Shown: one piece after another, positions 37,009 through 49,906 of the stretch | How positions within the stretch are numbered: the first letter of the stretch is position 1 | Layout of the letters: each line of letters begins with the position of its first letter | NCBI GenBank assembly: GCA_030704615.1 | Contig: CM060732.1 | Coordinates: 12,896,001 to 12,960,000 of the forward strand | DNA: 64,000 nucleotides | DNA from: Takakia lepidozioides | Taxonomy: Eukaryota > Plantae > Bryophyta | Reading direction: 5' to 3' | The notes under the pieces: generated by a model | What the model saw: the letters and a program-made list of their open reading frames with translations, nothing else | Database searches by the model: none | Told to the model about the DNA's origin: nothing | Translations under genes and position numbers: made by a program

Positions 37009-37849
37009 GTTTTCCTACGCTGACCAAAAGTTGCGATTCACAACGGAATCCCCGAACTAATAGCCCGTAATTCTCGAAAGGGGATCCACCACAAACAAAT
37101 TGAGGTCAACAAGGGTAGCACTAACCCAAAGGCCGCGGGCGATGCATCAAAAGGATGTAGGAATGACATGCACTGAACTTCGCAGACAACCACGCTGAGA
37201 GACACCAACCAGAAAAACTGTTTTCAAAGATAAGAAGCCACAAGAAGCCGTGCTGTTTTTGGATGAAAAACAAACCCTGAACATGACATGAAACCATCCA
37301 TTATGGAAAGACGGCAACAACCCTGGAGAGCAGTAAACAGGAAGACCCCGAATGTAATGAGGTTGTGCTGTGCCAGAAGAGCACAGCACAAACACTGACA
37401 CTCCAAGAGTCACCTCGCACGGATGTGTGCAACACAAGATCATTTCCGACACAACCCTTTATACCGAATGACCCCATGGCGACGATGACGGCAAAATGCA
37501 AACCACAGGGTAGGCAGTACGACACACGTGGATGCATATGTGAAACATAACATTTATGGCGAATTTGCAAGAACTGCTCGAAATTGAACTAGCATTAGAT
37601 TTCTACGGCACTTCCGAATTTGAAAGAATGCAAGAAGGCCGCCATGTATTGGCAGGCGGGGAAGTACATCTGACATATATCACAAGTACATGCAACGGAT
37701 GTACATATTTTCTAGCACTTTATTTCTTGGATAATACAAAGACGCCGAAATGGAGGAATTCCGTTCGCACACAATAACAACACCCGCATCCAAATACGGT
37801 TGACAATGTCCAATTTTGATTTTGGTTACATGCCATAGCAACCCTTGTT

Positions 37850-39042
37850 GCAAACGTCAAACTGGAGAGCTCTAGAGGCATCGTGGGGAGCCCTTGTTTC
37901 CAGCGGAGGAGGAAGAGAAGGAAGTCATTATACTTCACGAGCTCTAGAAACAGGAATAGCTCCAAACGTTGCAATGAACTCGGACATGAATGCTTCAAAA
38001 TTATATAGTAAATGCGAATTTTTTTTTCTAATAGCGGTGCAAACCAAGGTAGGCAGTGCCTGATAGAAGGGTGCCTACGAATCCCACTTTGAATACCTTC
38101 ATCGGGGTAGCGTTGTGGATGTAGTCGTAGGAACAGTTGTACTTGTTGAACAAAACCGCGAAATGTTGATCTCGTCCCATTAAATTTCTCGGGCATGCTG
38201 ATCTTTGGTTCTCTCGTAATCTGTTGAAGATGAACCGTTGCAGTAGGAGCTGTTGTAGTAGGGACTCGTATGGTTGAAGATCCATTGTTCGACTTCTTTA
38301 ACTCTGAAATTTGTTGTTGCAAATTGTGGAGAGCGTTGCCAAGATCTTGAGACTGATCAGCTTGCAATTGGGCGGTAGAGGTACGAAGTTCTTGCATCTG
38401 GAGCTGAAGACTCTGCAATGTGGCAACCATTTCCGCAAATGTGCCTTCCATCTTAACTAACTAAGGAACAAACTTTAGTCTCGTCAAATTGTCAAGGTGA
38501 GAACATGACTGAACATAAACAAGAGATCAGACTAGAGGTACAAGACTAGACAAGAAGTCAAGGTCGGCGTGGGCGAATGCATGGTGGGTAAATATGAATC
38601 AAGATGTCTTTATAATAATGGACAAGAGTACAAGATACTGGAACTCGACTATACTGGAATGCTGGAAACTAGACTGGGGTACAGATACTGGAAACTGGAC
38701 TAGAGTACTGGGACTGGGAACAAGAGTAGCTTGAACTTGTGTTGGCGAGACTGAAGAGTGTCCAGTCTCGCCTCCTATATATACTGGCTACTAGGAGGTT
38801 CCCTAAGAGGCTTCCCCAAAGAAGGTTTCTTGATGGAGAAGTTTTTTCTAAAGAAAGTTTCCTGAGCAGTTTCCCAAGTTACTCTCGGTAATTTGGTAAA
38901 TTCCCGGTAACTTGATAACTAATGGTAACTTATGGTAAATCATGGTAGATCATGGTAGATCATGGTAGCTTTTGGTAACATGGTAACTTAATAACTTATG
39001 GTATTTACTCCTGGTAAGTTCATCTGGGCTATGTCCGTGACA
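37850..39042 (-). mobile_element. Ty3/gypsy 5' fragment: 553-bp LTR (38490-39042), PBS and partial gag
   Basis: LTR bounded by TGTCA...TGACA with TATATATA at 38776-38783. Gag reads REPKISMPEKFNGTRSTFRGFVQQVQLFLRLHPQRYP. Confidence 0.9.
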
Positions 39043-39440
39043 CTGGGGGTCTCACACGTCTCTTGCAAGGAATGGATAAAAAACATGACGGCCATCTATG
39101 GTGTAGAACCAAAACGTTCAATATCCACAACGATGTAAACTTGAAATTCCGAAGGAGCATTTGTGTGGGGCATCTGAGATATGTGAATGGAAGTTGCCTA
39201 CGTTTCACGAAGAGCGGTGCTAAAATGAGAGTGAGTGAGAAGGACTCTCCGACAATCCTTTTATCCCAAGCTGTGCCCCACCGTCTGCCAGTACATTTGC
39301 TTGTAAGTTTTGCAAGGTGGCCCCCTCCTGCATTGCACATTGCCCTGCTTGCATGTACTACGTTACTCACCGTTGCAAAACCATGACTCGAGCCTACATT
39401 CATTTTGGGACTCACGACCATCCTGTGTCTCACAGACCAA
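39043..39440 (+). pseudogene. Second fragment of the GCM-like transposase family
   Basis: QGMDKKHDGHLWCRTKTFNIHNDVNLKFRRSICVGHL and CKVAPSCIAHCPACMYY..MTRAYIHFGTHDHPV. Homologous to 36200-36360. Confidence 0.7.
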
Positions 39441-40716
39441 GGTTAGGAGCTCTAGTAAGTAGAGGCCGTGAAGAAATGTTCACAAGTTGTTTCGGGCCAC
39501 TCATACATGTCACTGGCATATGGGAGCCCAAATCGTTTCGCATGTGAATAAGAGTGTCAGCTTAGACTAATATCGCATGTGTCGTCATGTTGCCACTGTA
39601 GCAGGAGACTCCATTGGGTCTATGGTGATTCACATCACTCGTAGTTTGGCAGCCGGGAATGGTTGTCAAGATGCAAATAGTGATCAGGGTGTAGCCGAGC
39701 CACTGGGCCGGAAACTGATAAGTGTCGGTGCGCATAATGCGTTTCACAGTCCGAAGAGCAGTCACTTGGAAGATGGGCGTAAGACGAGCAGTTAGCTTGG
39801 TGGCGCATTGTCGAGTGCAACAAGAGGACAGATAGCGTTGAAACAACATAAAACCAAAGAATGGAGAACCTAAAGAAGCGCAATAAACAATCGCAGCCCC
39901 ACGAGAGAGGCTTGAGCATCAATAGCATTAGAATGCTGCACAGTGGAATCATTTGATCTCCCCGCAACAGGGTGCCCGGAGGTTCAGTCATGCGCACCTA
40001 GTCTGAGACGATGCCTGTGAGAGAGTTCCAGGGGCGCGGCTCGAGCACGCAGGCGGGTGGATAGCCGATAGTGAACAGCCATTTAACTCAATTTGAGATC
40101 ACCCAAAAATTGGTTTCCAAACAAAGCTGTTGTGTTTTGAAGATGAGAAATGAGAATAGATTAGAGTAGACTAGACAAAAGTGAGCCACTGTAGCATGCT
40201 TCTGCCCATCTTTTCGGTTTTGTAATCTCATTTTTCTTAAATTTTAGCAATGCCGTTACTCTAACCCTTACTTTCTTTCTAGCTAAGGTAGCCGCCATGG
40301 CGCGAGCTCCAGCTCGTCGCGCTGCACAGCTGCCCTGCTACTCTTCTCCCTTCTACTAACCTGCTCTACAAGATCAACCTCATTTCAATGCTCCGTTTTA
40401 GCTATCTTTCCATAGTTTCTAGTGTTATTTTTTTTTATCCTCTTGTTTGAGCTCCGCCCTCCCGCAAAAAGTCTTGTGCCCATGAGTGGGTATTCTCTAG
40501 TGGAATTGCGTGAGCCGTGTCGGTGAGCTGAAATTTAGTGAGCGCAAACTCTGATAATCTATGCATGAGGGTGTCAAACTACCTTTGGTACGATGTCACG
40601 TTGATTGCCAGTTTGTTCGAGACATGGGTCTTGAGAGAGGTCATATACTAGCAACTTGCGATTCGAGCTCCTACACCATGGTGTGCTGAAAATTTTCGAT
40701 TTGCTGCGTGTGATGT

Positions 40717-41964
40717 TCATGCTGCTGTGATGGAGAGCAGCTCGTCTTTGAATGATCCCTTCAAGTTGGTGGAGGATCTTTGAGATTGGATCGTTTCAAC
40801 TGTGTTGGCGAGAGCTTTATTGATGTCCGCAACTTGCAGTTGTTTAAGAACTTCTAGGTCCACTGGTGTTTTGCCGTGCAGGCTCCTTGGGTGTGCAATG
40901 AAATTGATAAACCGTCCCACAAATGGCAGGTCAGGCTGGTTGTACCAGAGGTTATAGATAGTTGCATTTTTGTATGTTATATGGAGTGTACCAGCATGCA
41001 GTTGCGTGTTTCGTGACAGGGAGCCATTGATATAGAAGAAAATGCTCGCAATGTTGTTTTTTTCTGTCAATTCTCTCATGGCATTGCAAATGTCCTTCTG
41101 CGATGCAGTGATCCTGAGGTGTCTAGCAATAATTGTGAGGGCCTTTCGTTCTGCTCTGAGTATCTTGGGTGGGATATCTTGACCACTTCAACTTTTGGGA
41201 CACTTCGAGTACCGCATGCTCGAGTCTCAGTCCGCGAGTGAGACATAGAACGCGTGTTTTTTCCGAGGCTGTGAAGAGGTACCCAAAGTCAGACTCCATT
41301 TTGGTCTTGCCAACGTGTAATATTTCGATGGCTACCCGACATTGTATACTTCATAGATGGCGTTTGCCGCAATCTGTGCTCTAGGTAGTCCTACCATGGC
41401 GGAGCCTTTGAGATGTAGCGACAACCTGTCTTCTGTGCTCTCTGTTTCAAAGCTTTTCTCGATTTTTCCTTGGATGGGATTTCCGTCAGCCATGGTGAGA
41501 ATGAAAACTCGGTTACCAAGCAATAAATTGATATCATCTGTTTTAGGGTGTTTAGGACAAACTTTGATAAGGCCCGACCACATTGTTGGGTCTTTCCTGT
41601 GGCCGAACACTGACACAGGGTGGAGGATCTCTTTGCTGAGAGGTATCCCCATGTACAAGAAATGGTGGATAATGGAGCGCTTACACGAATTGCAGAATGC
41701 TCTTGTCACGACCCCCAACAAAACAACATGTTGATAGAGTAGCTGTGGAGTGGGAAGCTCTGTTTCCATTGTCCTTGTCTGGGTCTGGGACTGGGTGAGG
41801 TTCTCCACTGTAGACAACTGTGATTGCCTCATATTTGCATCGTCTGGTTCGGCGACGGGTGTGGTTTCTGCAGATGGGATGTCCTCGGAAACTGGGAGGT
41901 CTGGTGGACGTAAAAAAGTTTGAGTGACTGTGGGGACCGGTGTTCCACCAGGAGAGGACGACAA
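40717..41964 (-). pseudogene. Degenerate LINE ORF1-like protein
   Basis: Broken frames WSGLIKV..LLLGNRVFILTMADG..GKIEKSFE and AGTLHITYKNATIY..VGRFINFIAHPRSLHG resemble RRM-type ORF1. Assignment is from recollection only. Confidence 0.45.
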
Positions 41965-43209
41965 GCATAATAATCTCCATGCATTTCATCTCCCGTACCT
42001 TCTCAAACTTTATAAGTACACATGGTAGCCATTCGAAAGTCATGTTGCTGTGTTGACGTCTACAGATTTCGAGAGTTGAGTAAGATGCAAGTAGTGCCCC
42101 GGCTTATTATCTGGTTGCGTTGATGGGTAGAGAATTTGGGGGGTCCTGGGAAAGCCTTGGGGCACTTAAGAATCTCCTCGCATTCGACCTCTGAAATTTC
42201 AAGTTGCAATAGATTGTTGATAGTCCTATGATCTCGTATGGGTGGGGCGTTAGAATCTTGCGCGAGGCTCTCCATGGTGGGGTACCCTAGCCAGAATGGG
42301 TATATTGTTGTTTGTGTTTGTAGGGAGTCAGCCTGGCTTCTTCCCTTTTTCTTCCTGGCACATGTGGTGATTCGACTAGGAGCTATCCGCTTCACTCGAT
42401 GCGCGTTTGGTGAAGATGGAGTGGGTGAGTGTGTCCTCTTGAGCTGGTAGTTTGGATGTTGAGCTAGGCCCTGGTGGGATGTTGATGATTGCCGATTCCA
42501 TGGTGTGTTTCGTTGCGTTTGGATAAGTGTGGTGGGAAGTGGGAGAGTAGCAAGGGGAAAGATTGAATGGGTGGGGGAGCAGGTGTTGCAGCATAGTGCT
42601 TGTATGAGTGACTGGTACTTCGGGATAAGATGTGGTGGCGAGGCTGATTATTATGAGCTATGGGCACCCGATCCTTGTATGAATGTCGGGGGTGGAATTC
42701 AAATCTCATAATAAATAGCATGAGTTAGGCAGGGAAGTGAACAAATGAATTGATCATTGAGTCCAACAAGATAAATGCTCCCAACTCCAAAGCAAGAGAC
42801 AAACTGGTGGAAATTCTAAAGATTTGAGGCGAGGTCAACAAACAATAAATACATGTGGTTAATGTCTCTCCGAGGGATGATAGACATCAATATCCAATGA
42901 GTTTGAAATGTTTAGTTAACCCAAAGATGACAATGACTCTCTCTTCCATGGGTTTGAAGGCTTTGTGATATCATTGTTATCGAGTCATGTCGAGTGATGA
43001 TGAGTATTCTAATTACATATTGGAATTCAATTTAACTATTTTTTCTTTTAAAGAGTTTCTTCTTAGAATGTTAGACTATGTCACTATTACAAATCTTGCA
43101 AACTAATTGGAAAAATGAGAATAATAGAGTTGAATTAGTATCACATTTTTCTACATATTTATGCAAGTACCTCTAATCTATTTTGTTCTTTAGTTATGAA
43201 ACTTTGAGC

Positions 43210-43244
<35 letters not shown>

Positions 43245-43591
43245 TATTCAATTTTCCAAACTTTATGCACGTAATCAACCTGCCATAGTATTTGAGCTGT
43301 AATTCTACATCTTTTTTTATGATTGAATAAGCATGACATCCAATCTGAAAGTTGAACCAGTCAACGACTACTGGTTTGAAATTGTGCGAAATAGGCTGGC
43401 TTAATCTGGTACATATGATTTTCTGAGTGGATAGCTTTTGCCCTACAAAATAACATGAGAAGGTACTCAGTTGACCAACCCAAATGACCCACATGGTTCA
43501 TTCTAACACTTCAAGGTCCACATGCAAAATATAAAAAATAAAAGATTGTGACTTTTGACGAAGCAAGCTCGTAACTTATGGAGTCACTTAA

Positions 43592-44794
43592 CCCTTAAGT
43601 GTCAAACCGACCCGGGGTCGGTTAGGTTTCTTTAACCAGCCATAACTTCCTGTGGTTAAGGCTGATTGGCCTTTTTTTTGGCTCAATTGACAGATAATCG
43701 GGTCATCCTTCATATGGCATTGGCCAATTGGTCAATGCCTGAAGGGGTGTGGGTCTGGACCAATTGGAAGGGGGCACACTTAGCTTTTTGAGGCCAATTT
43801 GGCCCCCCTAACCTGCCCAAGTTGCTGACATGGCAACTGCGGTCAGGTTAGGTTGACTGAAAGATACCCCATAAAGGTTAGGGCGGCACGCTCCCCCAAA
43901 CCCCTTGATTGCCCGGCGCAGGTCTGGGCATTCCCAGGCCTGGGCCCTAGCCTGAATCGACGGCGATCGCAGCTCCGGCGAACGCCATGCAGGGCGGGCT
44001 GGAGGCAGTGTAGCCGCGATGGCGGCTGAGCTCGGGCCCGAGACAAACGCCACGAGGGGTGGGCCAAACCTAGGGGGGTTTGAGAGGGTTGAGAGTGGAG
44101 TGGCCCCCCATGAAAGCAGGGCTGGATAAGCCAGAGGAGCTCCCAAGCCCCATGCCCTTCTGGGCTATGGCTCCAAATATCCTAGGCCTGCAGGCTATAA
44201 CATAGGTGTGCCATTTGAAGTCTTGGGCAGGGAACCTAAAGATGTGAGGGCAGTTACCGATTGGTCCCAAACTGTTTTTGGGATCTCATATGGATGTTCA
44301 TGACACTTCAACCGGAGGGATTAGGAATTGAACGGCTGAATTTGTTTGTATAATTTTATGAAGAGATATTTTGGCCTGCCCAAGGAAAATGGCATATTTT
44401 GACCCCCCAATTTGTCACTACAAAGGAGCCCACTTGAGGACATTTCAGAGAAAACTGAAAATTTATGAGAATGTGTGTTATCAGGTATGGAACAACATTC
44501 TTGAGACTCTCAAACAGAGAAAATTAAAAATGCCCAAATACGAGCAAAAAACTGCTTTTTTTGGCACCTAGTTCTTAGTGGAGATTTTTTTTTGTCCCCA
44601 CTCTACACTTCATAATCTTCAGATCTGGCAGTTGGATTTTGGTGAAACTTTTTGTGGTAGGAGGTGGGGTAGGTGGGAAGTAATTCCAACGGTCAGTTTT
44701 ACAGGGACACAGTGATTCTATAGATAAATTTTTTTGGTGGGCCAGGGTCATGTTTTTCCACGAGAGGGTGAAAATGAGTTTTGACACTTAAGGG
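43592..44794. mobile_element. 1203-bp non-autonomous piggyBac-type element
   Basis: TTAA|CCCTTAAGTGTCAAA ... TTTGACACTTAAGGG|TTAA: perfect 15-bp TIRs, with TTAA at 43588-43591 and 44795-44798. No transposase. Confidence 0.85.
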
Positions 44795-45857
44795 TTAACC
44801 CCAGAAAGTAACGACTACCTTGGACGTTTGAAAGATAGACACATTCTAACTTAATCGGGGCAATAGTACTATTGCCCAATCATCTCCCGAGGACTCAAAA
44901 CTCCCAAGGTATCTACACATCAAGTAATTGGTTGACCTATGTACTTTCCTTTATCATGGCCTAACATCCAACATGTAACACTTATGTGGCTTTGCCCACT
45001 ACCACTTATAAGGTGACATTGTGCCACTAGGCCCTTTGTTGGATGTTGGTCCATGTGTGAAGAGACTTCAAAGATATCTCATATTATGAATACATGAAAC
45101 TTTGACAACTAGGTGGTCCAGTAATAGGTGGGCCAAGTGTAAGAGGTATTTCGATCATGCAGAGTTAAAAATAGGCAAATTGCAAGGACCAACATTTATG
45201 ATGAATATTTGGAAAGATATCACTATGTCCTAAAGAATGTTGATGCACCATTGACCAACTAGATAAAGAATCAATGATGGAAGTAAAAAAATGGAAAGAA
45301 AAAAAAAGGAGTATGTTAGATGCTTACTCCGCAAGCTTATCTTTGCTCATCTGTATCTGTTCCTTTTCAATCTGTTTGTCTCTATAATATATTTTGCTTT
45401 TGATCTGCAACCATGTGAGTACAATATTGCTCCAATAGGAACGACCAGATCAAATCAAATCCAAAAGATCGGTCTACTTCACGACTTTTCAGTTTACTCA
45501 GCTTAATTTTTGCTAGCTACATGCATCATCTTTGTTGTCATGTAAAATTTACGAGATCTCACATGATATTTTTCACTAATTTAATCACCAAATCGCAGGT
45601 CTTTGGTCTTCCTAGTGGGTTGTGAACTTTTGCGATAATCCCTTGAAAAGACAAGACTTACTTATTACAATCAAACCTGGATTATATTCAAAAGCCAAGT
45701 TATGCCGATAGATCAACAACCTCTATGTGCAAACAAGCTTCGGAATACAGATCAAACTAATCATATTCAAGAAGAAGATGAGAGATATCTGCTGATCTAT
45801 TTTAATTATCTAGAATCTCTTTTCCGTTGAGTAAAACCAAATTGCATTTGATATCTA

Positions 45858-48504
45858 TTAATTATCAAGATAATTTCGACAACTTAACGTGGAGCGTACT
45901 ATGGTTTTGAAATATTTTAGTGTATAATAATTCTCCTCCATTTTCATATATGTCATAAAAGACAAGTCAAATTCAACAAAACTAATGGAAAATACCTCTT
46001 CTTCCCGAAGGCGCATACGATGCCGATTTTCAATTTGTTGATGAATCCAATCTATTCTCTCCTTAGATTCCATCTCCCTTTTCTGATTAGTCATCGTGTT
46101 TTGCCATAGCCGCTCGTGGTTTACTGCAATTTGAAGAGCCGCATTTCTTTGTGGTTCGAGATCTTGTGCCAAATAGCGGCCTCTGTCAAATGGACCAACC
46201 TGCTCCCCCACATTTACAAATTCGTTCTTTTATGTTGAGAAAAAAATGGATCATTCACCTTGTCATCAATGTTTTTTTTTCTGACAAAGAAGCGTTAGAT
46301 TTTGACCTAGAAAATGGATCAACTACTAACTTTATAAAGGAAATATGGGATAAAAATCAAAACATTCGTCAGAAAGCGCCCATGGTTAAATATTAAGAGT
46401 CAGATTTTTCTTACGTGATCTGTTAGAATGTGGCACATATTATATAGCCACTTTTGACTTGTTATTTTTGCCACATGGGCGTTGGGTAGAATTTACATAT
46501 GGCCCATGTAGCAATTTTGGAAAAGTGCGTCATGAGTCTTTTACGTTCACATCATCAACACTAGACTTAGAACCACATTTTGATTCATGTACTTTCTTCT
46601 GGCAAGTAGCAAAAAAGATTTTACACTGCACCCCTCATGTTGCGAATAAACATGGAGGGAACAAATAGAAGTTGGAGAGATATTCAAAACAAAACAGTGG
46701 TGAACATGTCTAGCATTGATGAGCCATACTATTGTGTGAAAAAGACACTTGTTCTCCTATATATACACTCAGGGAGTACCAGATTATTAAGCTATAAGTA
46801 CTTTTGAACTTGCCTTCTCATTCATAGAATTGAGGAAGATCTTTTCCTCGGTGTCCCTTTGCACACGGTCCTTCTGTTGTTGTTGCCAAAAATTTTCTAT
46901 CTCCATATCACCTATCTTCTTCTCTCGTCTATCAATCCCCGGTGACATAAACTGCACTTAGGTGTTGTTATTTGGAAACCGCCCGCTAGAAGCGGGCCCG
47001 AGGGGGGGGAGAAAAACAAAGACAAACACTTTTGAAAATAATGTAGATGTAAAAAGTTAAAAAATGTATATTAAAGATAGTGAAGCAAATGGAGAGTAGC
47101 ATCAAAAGTATTATAACTGAATGAGATATATGATATTGGTCATTTAATAAAGAAGTAACGCTTGCTATACAAGCACTGTACATCCTTCTGTCATAAAGAT
47201 GAGCAACTAAGAATCTTTGTTCTAATGTAAGAAAGAGATCAGCCGGTGCAAAATGGAGATGTATATGTCATTTTAAGCATGTGATCAAAGGTAGAAAGAC
47301 AGTTGTCAAGATAAACATTTACTTCAAGATATCATCAGCCTTTTTCATAGCCTTGATACGAGTCAAATCCCACGTATCTGTAGTACACATGTCAATCCAA
47401 TTCATGGCATCAAAGAGGGAGGGAGGAGAACAATTAATCTAATATCAATATTATGTTAGAGGACAATAACTCCACATGGTCTGAAATTTTGAAATGGTAA
47501 GTGAAAATGCAATATTTGAAACCAACGTTTATCTTCTTCTCTTCATTAATGGATCTCATTGTACAATGGTCCTCAAATGCAGCTTACATTATTGACACAT
47601 ACTTTGTCTTTTTTTATGTGTTTTTTTTACCCTCTCTCTTTGTGTTTCTCCTTCACTTGTAAATAGTTATTGAATTTGGTGGTGGAAGTCAATATATAGA
47701 GTTGTAGGTATAGAAGAAGGAATGCTAAAACAAGCGTAATTTATGGGGTTACTTCACCCCAAAAGAATACTACTTTCTGTTTGGAATGTGGACTATTTAG
47801 CTGTAGGAGTATTCATGTAAAGACATTCTGGTGCTTTTATGTTTGAATACCTCCAATTTTCCCTCAATTTAAAACGGTTTTTTGTCTCTTGACACCAGAC
47901 GAGGTCTATGAATCAGAAAGAGTCGCACCGTATTCCTCTTTTGCTTTCTCCTGAGCCAACCTATGTTCTATTTCATCTTTGACTTGCTTATCCAGACCCT
48001 CCTTATCCACCTGCTCCACCCAAAAATCAAGTCTAAGTTTAAGCCTTGGCCTTGCATATGAACAAAATTTATATCATGATACATCAAATGGAAAAACCAA
48101 TGTGGTTTTAGGAATTGTTTTCTATCAGTTAGAGACAAATCTTGTGACGATGCAGTCTGCAGAGGTTTGCGAGACATTCTAGGACTAGAGTTTCTTCCAT
48201 ATATTTTTTAATATTAGAAATCTTTTGGAGCTTTCATATTTGGCCCCATAAACCATTCAATCTTCAATGGGCTTGGGGCCTTGAGTTGATCTTATGATTT
48301 CTTTTTCATCTTTCTTTTTCCCTGATATATACAACCAAAACCCTCAAAGTTCTTCCAAGGGTTAAGTTGTAAGACTACCGATATTATATATTTTGGATCT
48401 CCAAGTATGCGTTCTCTCCTACCATCCATGTCGAAGTGTCGCCTCCTAGAAAAGGGTTTGGTTCCAATGGTTTCATAAGGATTTGATCCAGACATTCCTG
48501 TCAT
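45858..48504 (-). other. Possible multi-exon gene or pseudogene of unknown function
   Basis: Short exon-like open frames in AT-rich DNA (e.g. FMSPGIDRREKKIGDMEIENFWQQQQK near 46800-46950; ORF 45858-46211). No recognisable domain. Confidence 0.25.
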
Positions 48505-49906
48505 CTGATTCTTTGATATATGAAATCTTCTTAATTGAAAATTTTATTTTATCTATTTAGAAAACAACTCAGCTCTATGCCCACTTGGTACTCTGATCTT
48601 TGCATGGATCGGCCGCTCATTATATCCACTTTTCTTTTGAATGGTCAATATGATGAAGTGAGACAAGGATAAAAGACTAAAGAGACATTCGCGGGGAAAG
48701 AAAGAAATTAGTCTATAAATGATGCAAATCAATGAAAATCCAGCACCATGGAATTAGATACCACGACCATAGAACTCAATGCAAGAATTTTAAAGAACAA
48801 AACGAAAATTGATTTGAACAAAGTTTAGGAAAAGATAATATAAGACCAAAATGTAGTGAGTGGATTTAGAATAAGAGAGAATGTACAAAAGTAGATAACA
48901 AAACAAGTAGATTACAAGTGGTAACTTAATCTGCAAACAAAAGTATGAAAGAACTCAAGAGAAATACAACATAAGTAACATTAAGAAACAAACATATAAT
49001 TTTTGCACAAAATGAGGTGGGGGAGTGAGCAAGAGAGATTTCCGTGAACGAATGGTACTAGGAAGAGAGAAAAGACTTGGAAGCAGTTAAAAACGGGTAA
49101 TCGGTCCTAGTCCTACAACACCATGTTTTGCCATCTGGTGGTTTATGGACATTTCTGGTATTTTCCAGTGTTGGGCGGTTCTTGCCTTTGTGAGGGAACC
49201 TTCGGTTCCGGTTCCACAAATTTTTGAAGAGACGGTTCCAGATCCGGATCCGGTTATTTTTTATTAAGGCGGTTCCGGTCCGGTTCAGGTTCTGACTTTT
49301 TAACATGGGGGCGGTTCCGGTTACCGGTTAGTTGCTGGAAAAAAAACACCGGTTCCCGGTTAGGTTCCGGTTCTTTTTTAAAAATATATTAAATTCTTTT
49401 AATTTTTTTATTCTTCTGGAAAATTAGATGAACTGATCTGATTGGTCATACTGAATATTCAGAATTTTCAACTAAAACCAGGGAATTTATTAGTAAAACA
49501 GAAGCAAATAAACTTATATGTTTTTTGTGATTGTCTTTTATGGTATATATAACAAGTTAAATACGCATGGTCTCCATTAAAAACGGAAAACCAGAGATTT
49601 TATAAGTTTTCGTACGGTGTAGCAAAGAACAACTAAAACAAACTAACTACATAAGGATCTTAATTCAAAATACAAAACAAATTAAACATGTGTAATTCTA
49701 TGGTTACCTTTTATGGTGCAGCAAAAGCACAACTAAAAAAAACTACATAAATTTGTGTTTTTTGGATGATGCTTTGTCAATATAGCATACAACAAACTAA
49801 GTACACGGGATGTCACTGAAATTTTCAATAAAAATGACAAATAAACAAACTCCAATCAAAGGAGTATAGTGTAATATGTTGAACAATAATTTGTCTCTAA
49901 GACAAA

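Noticed and set aside
29590-37850. Defined TIR/TSD boundaries for the MTase-GCM element
   Set aside because: No convincing inverted termini were found by eye, and the flanking gypsy pieces are in opposite orientations.
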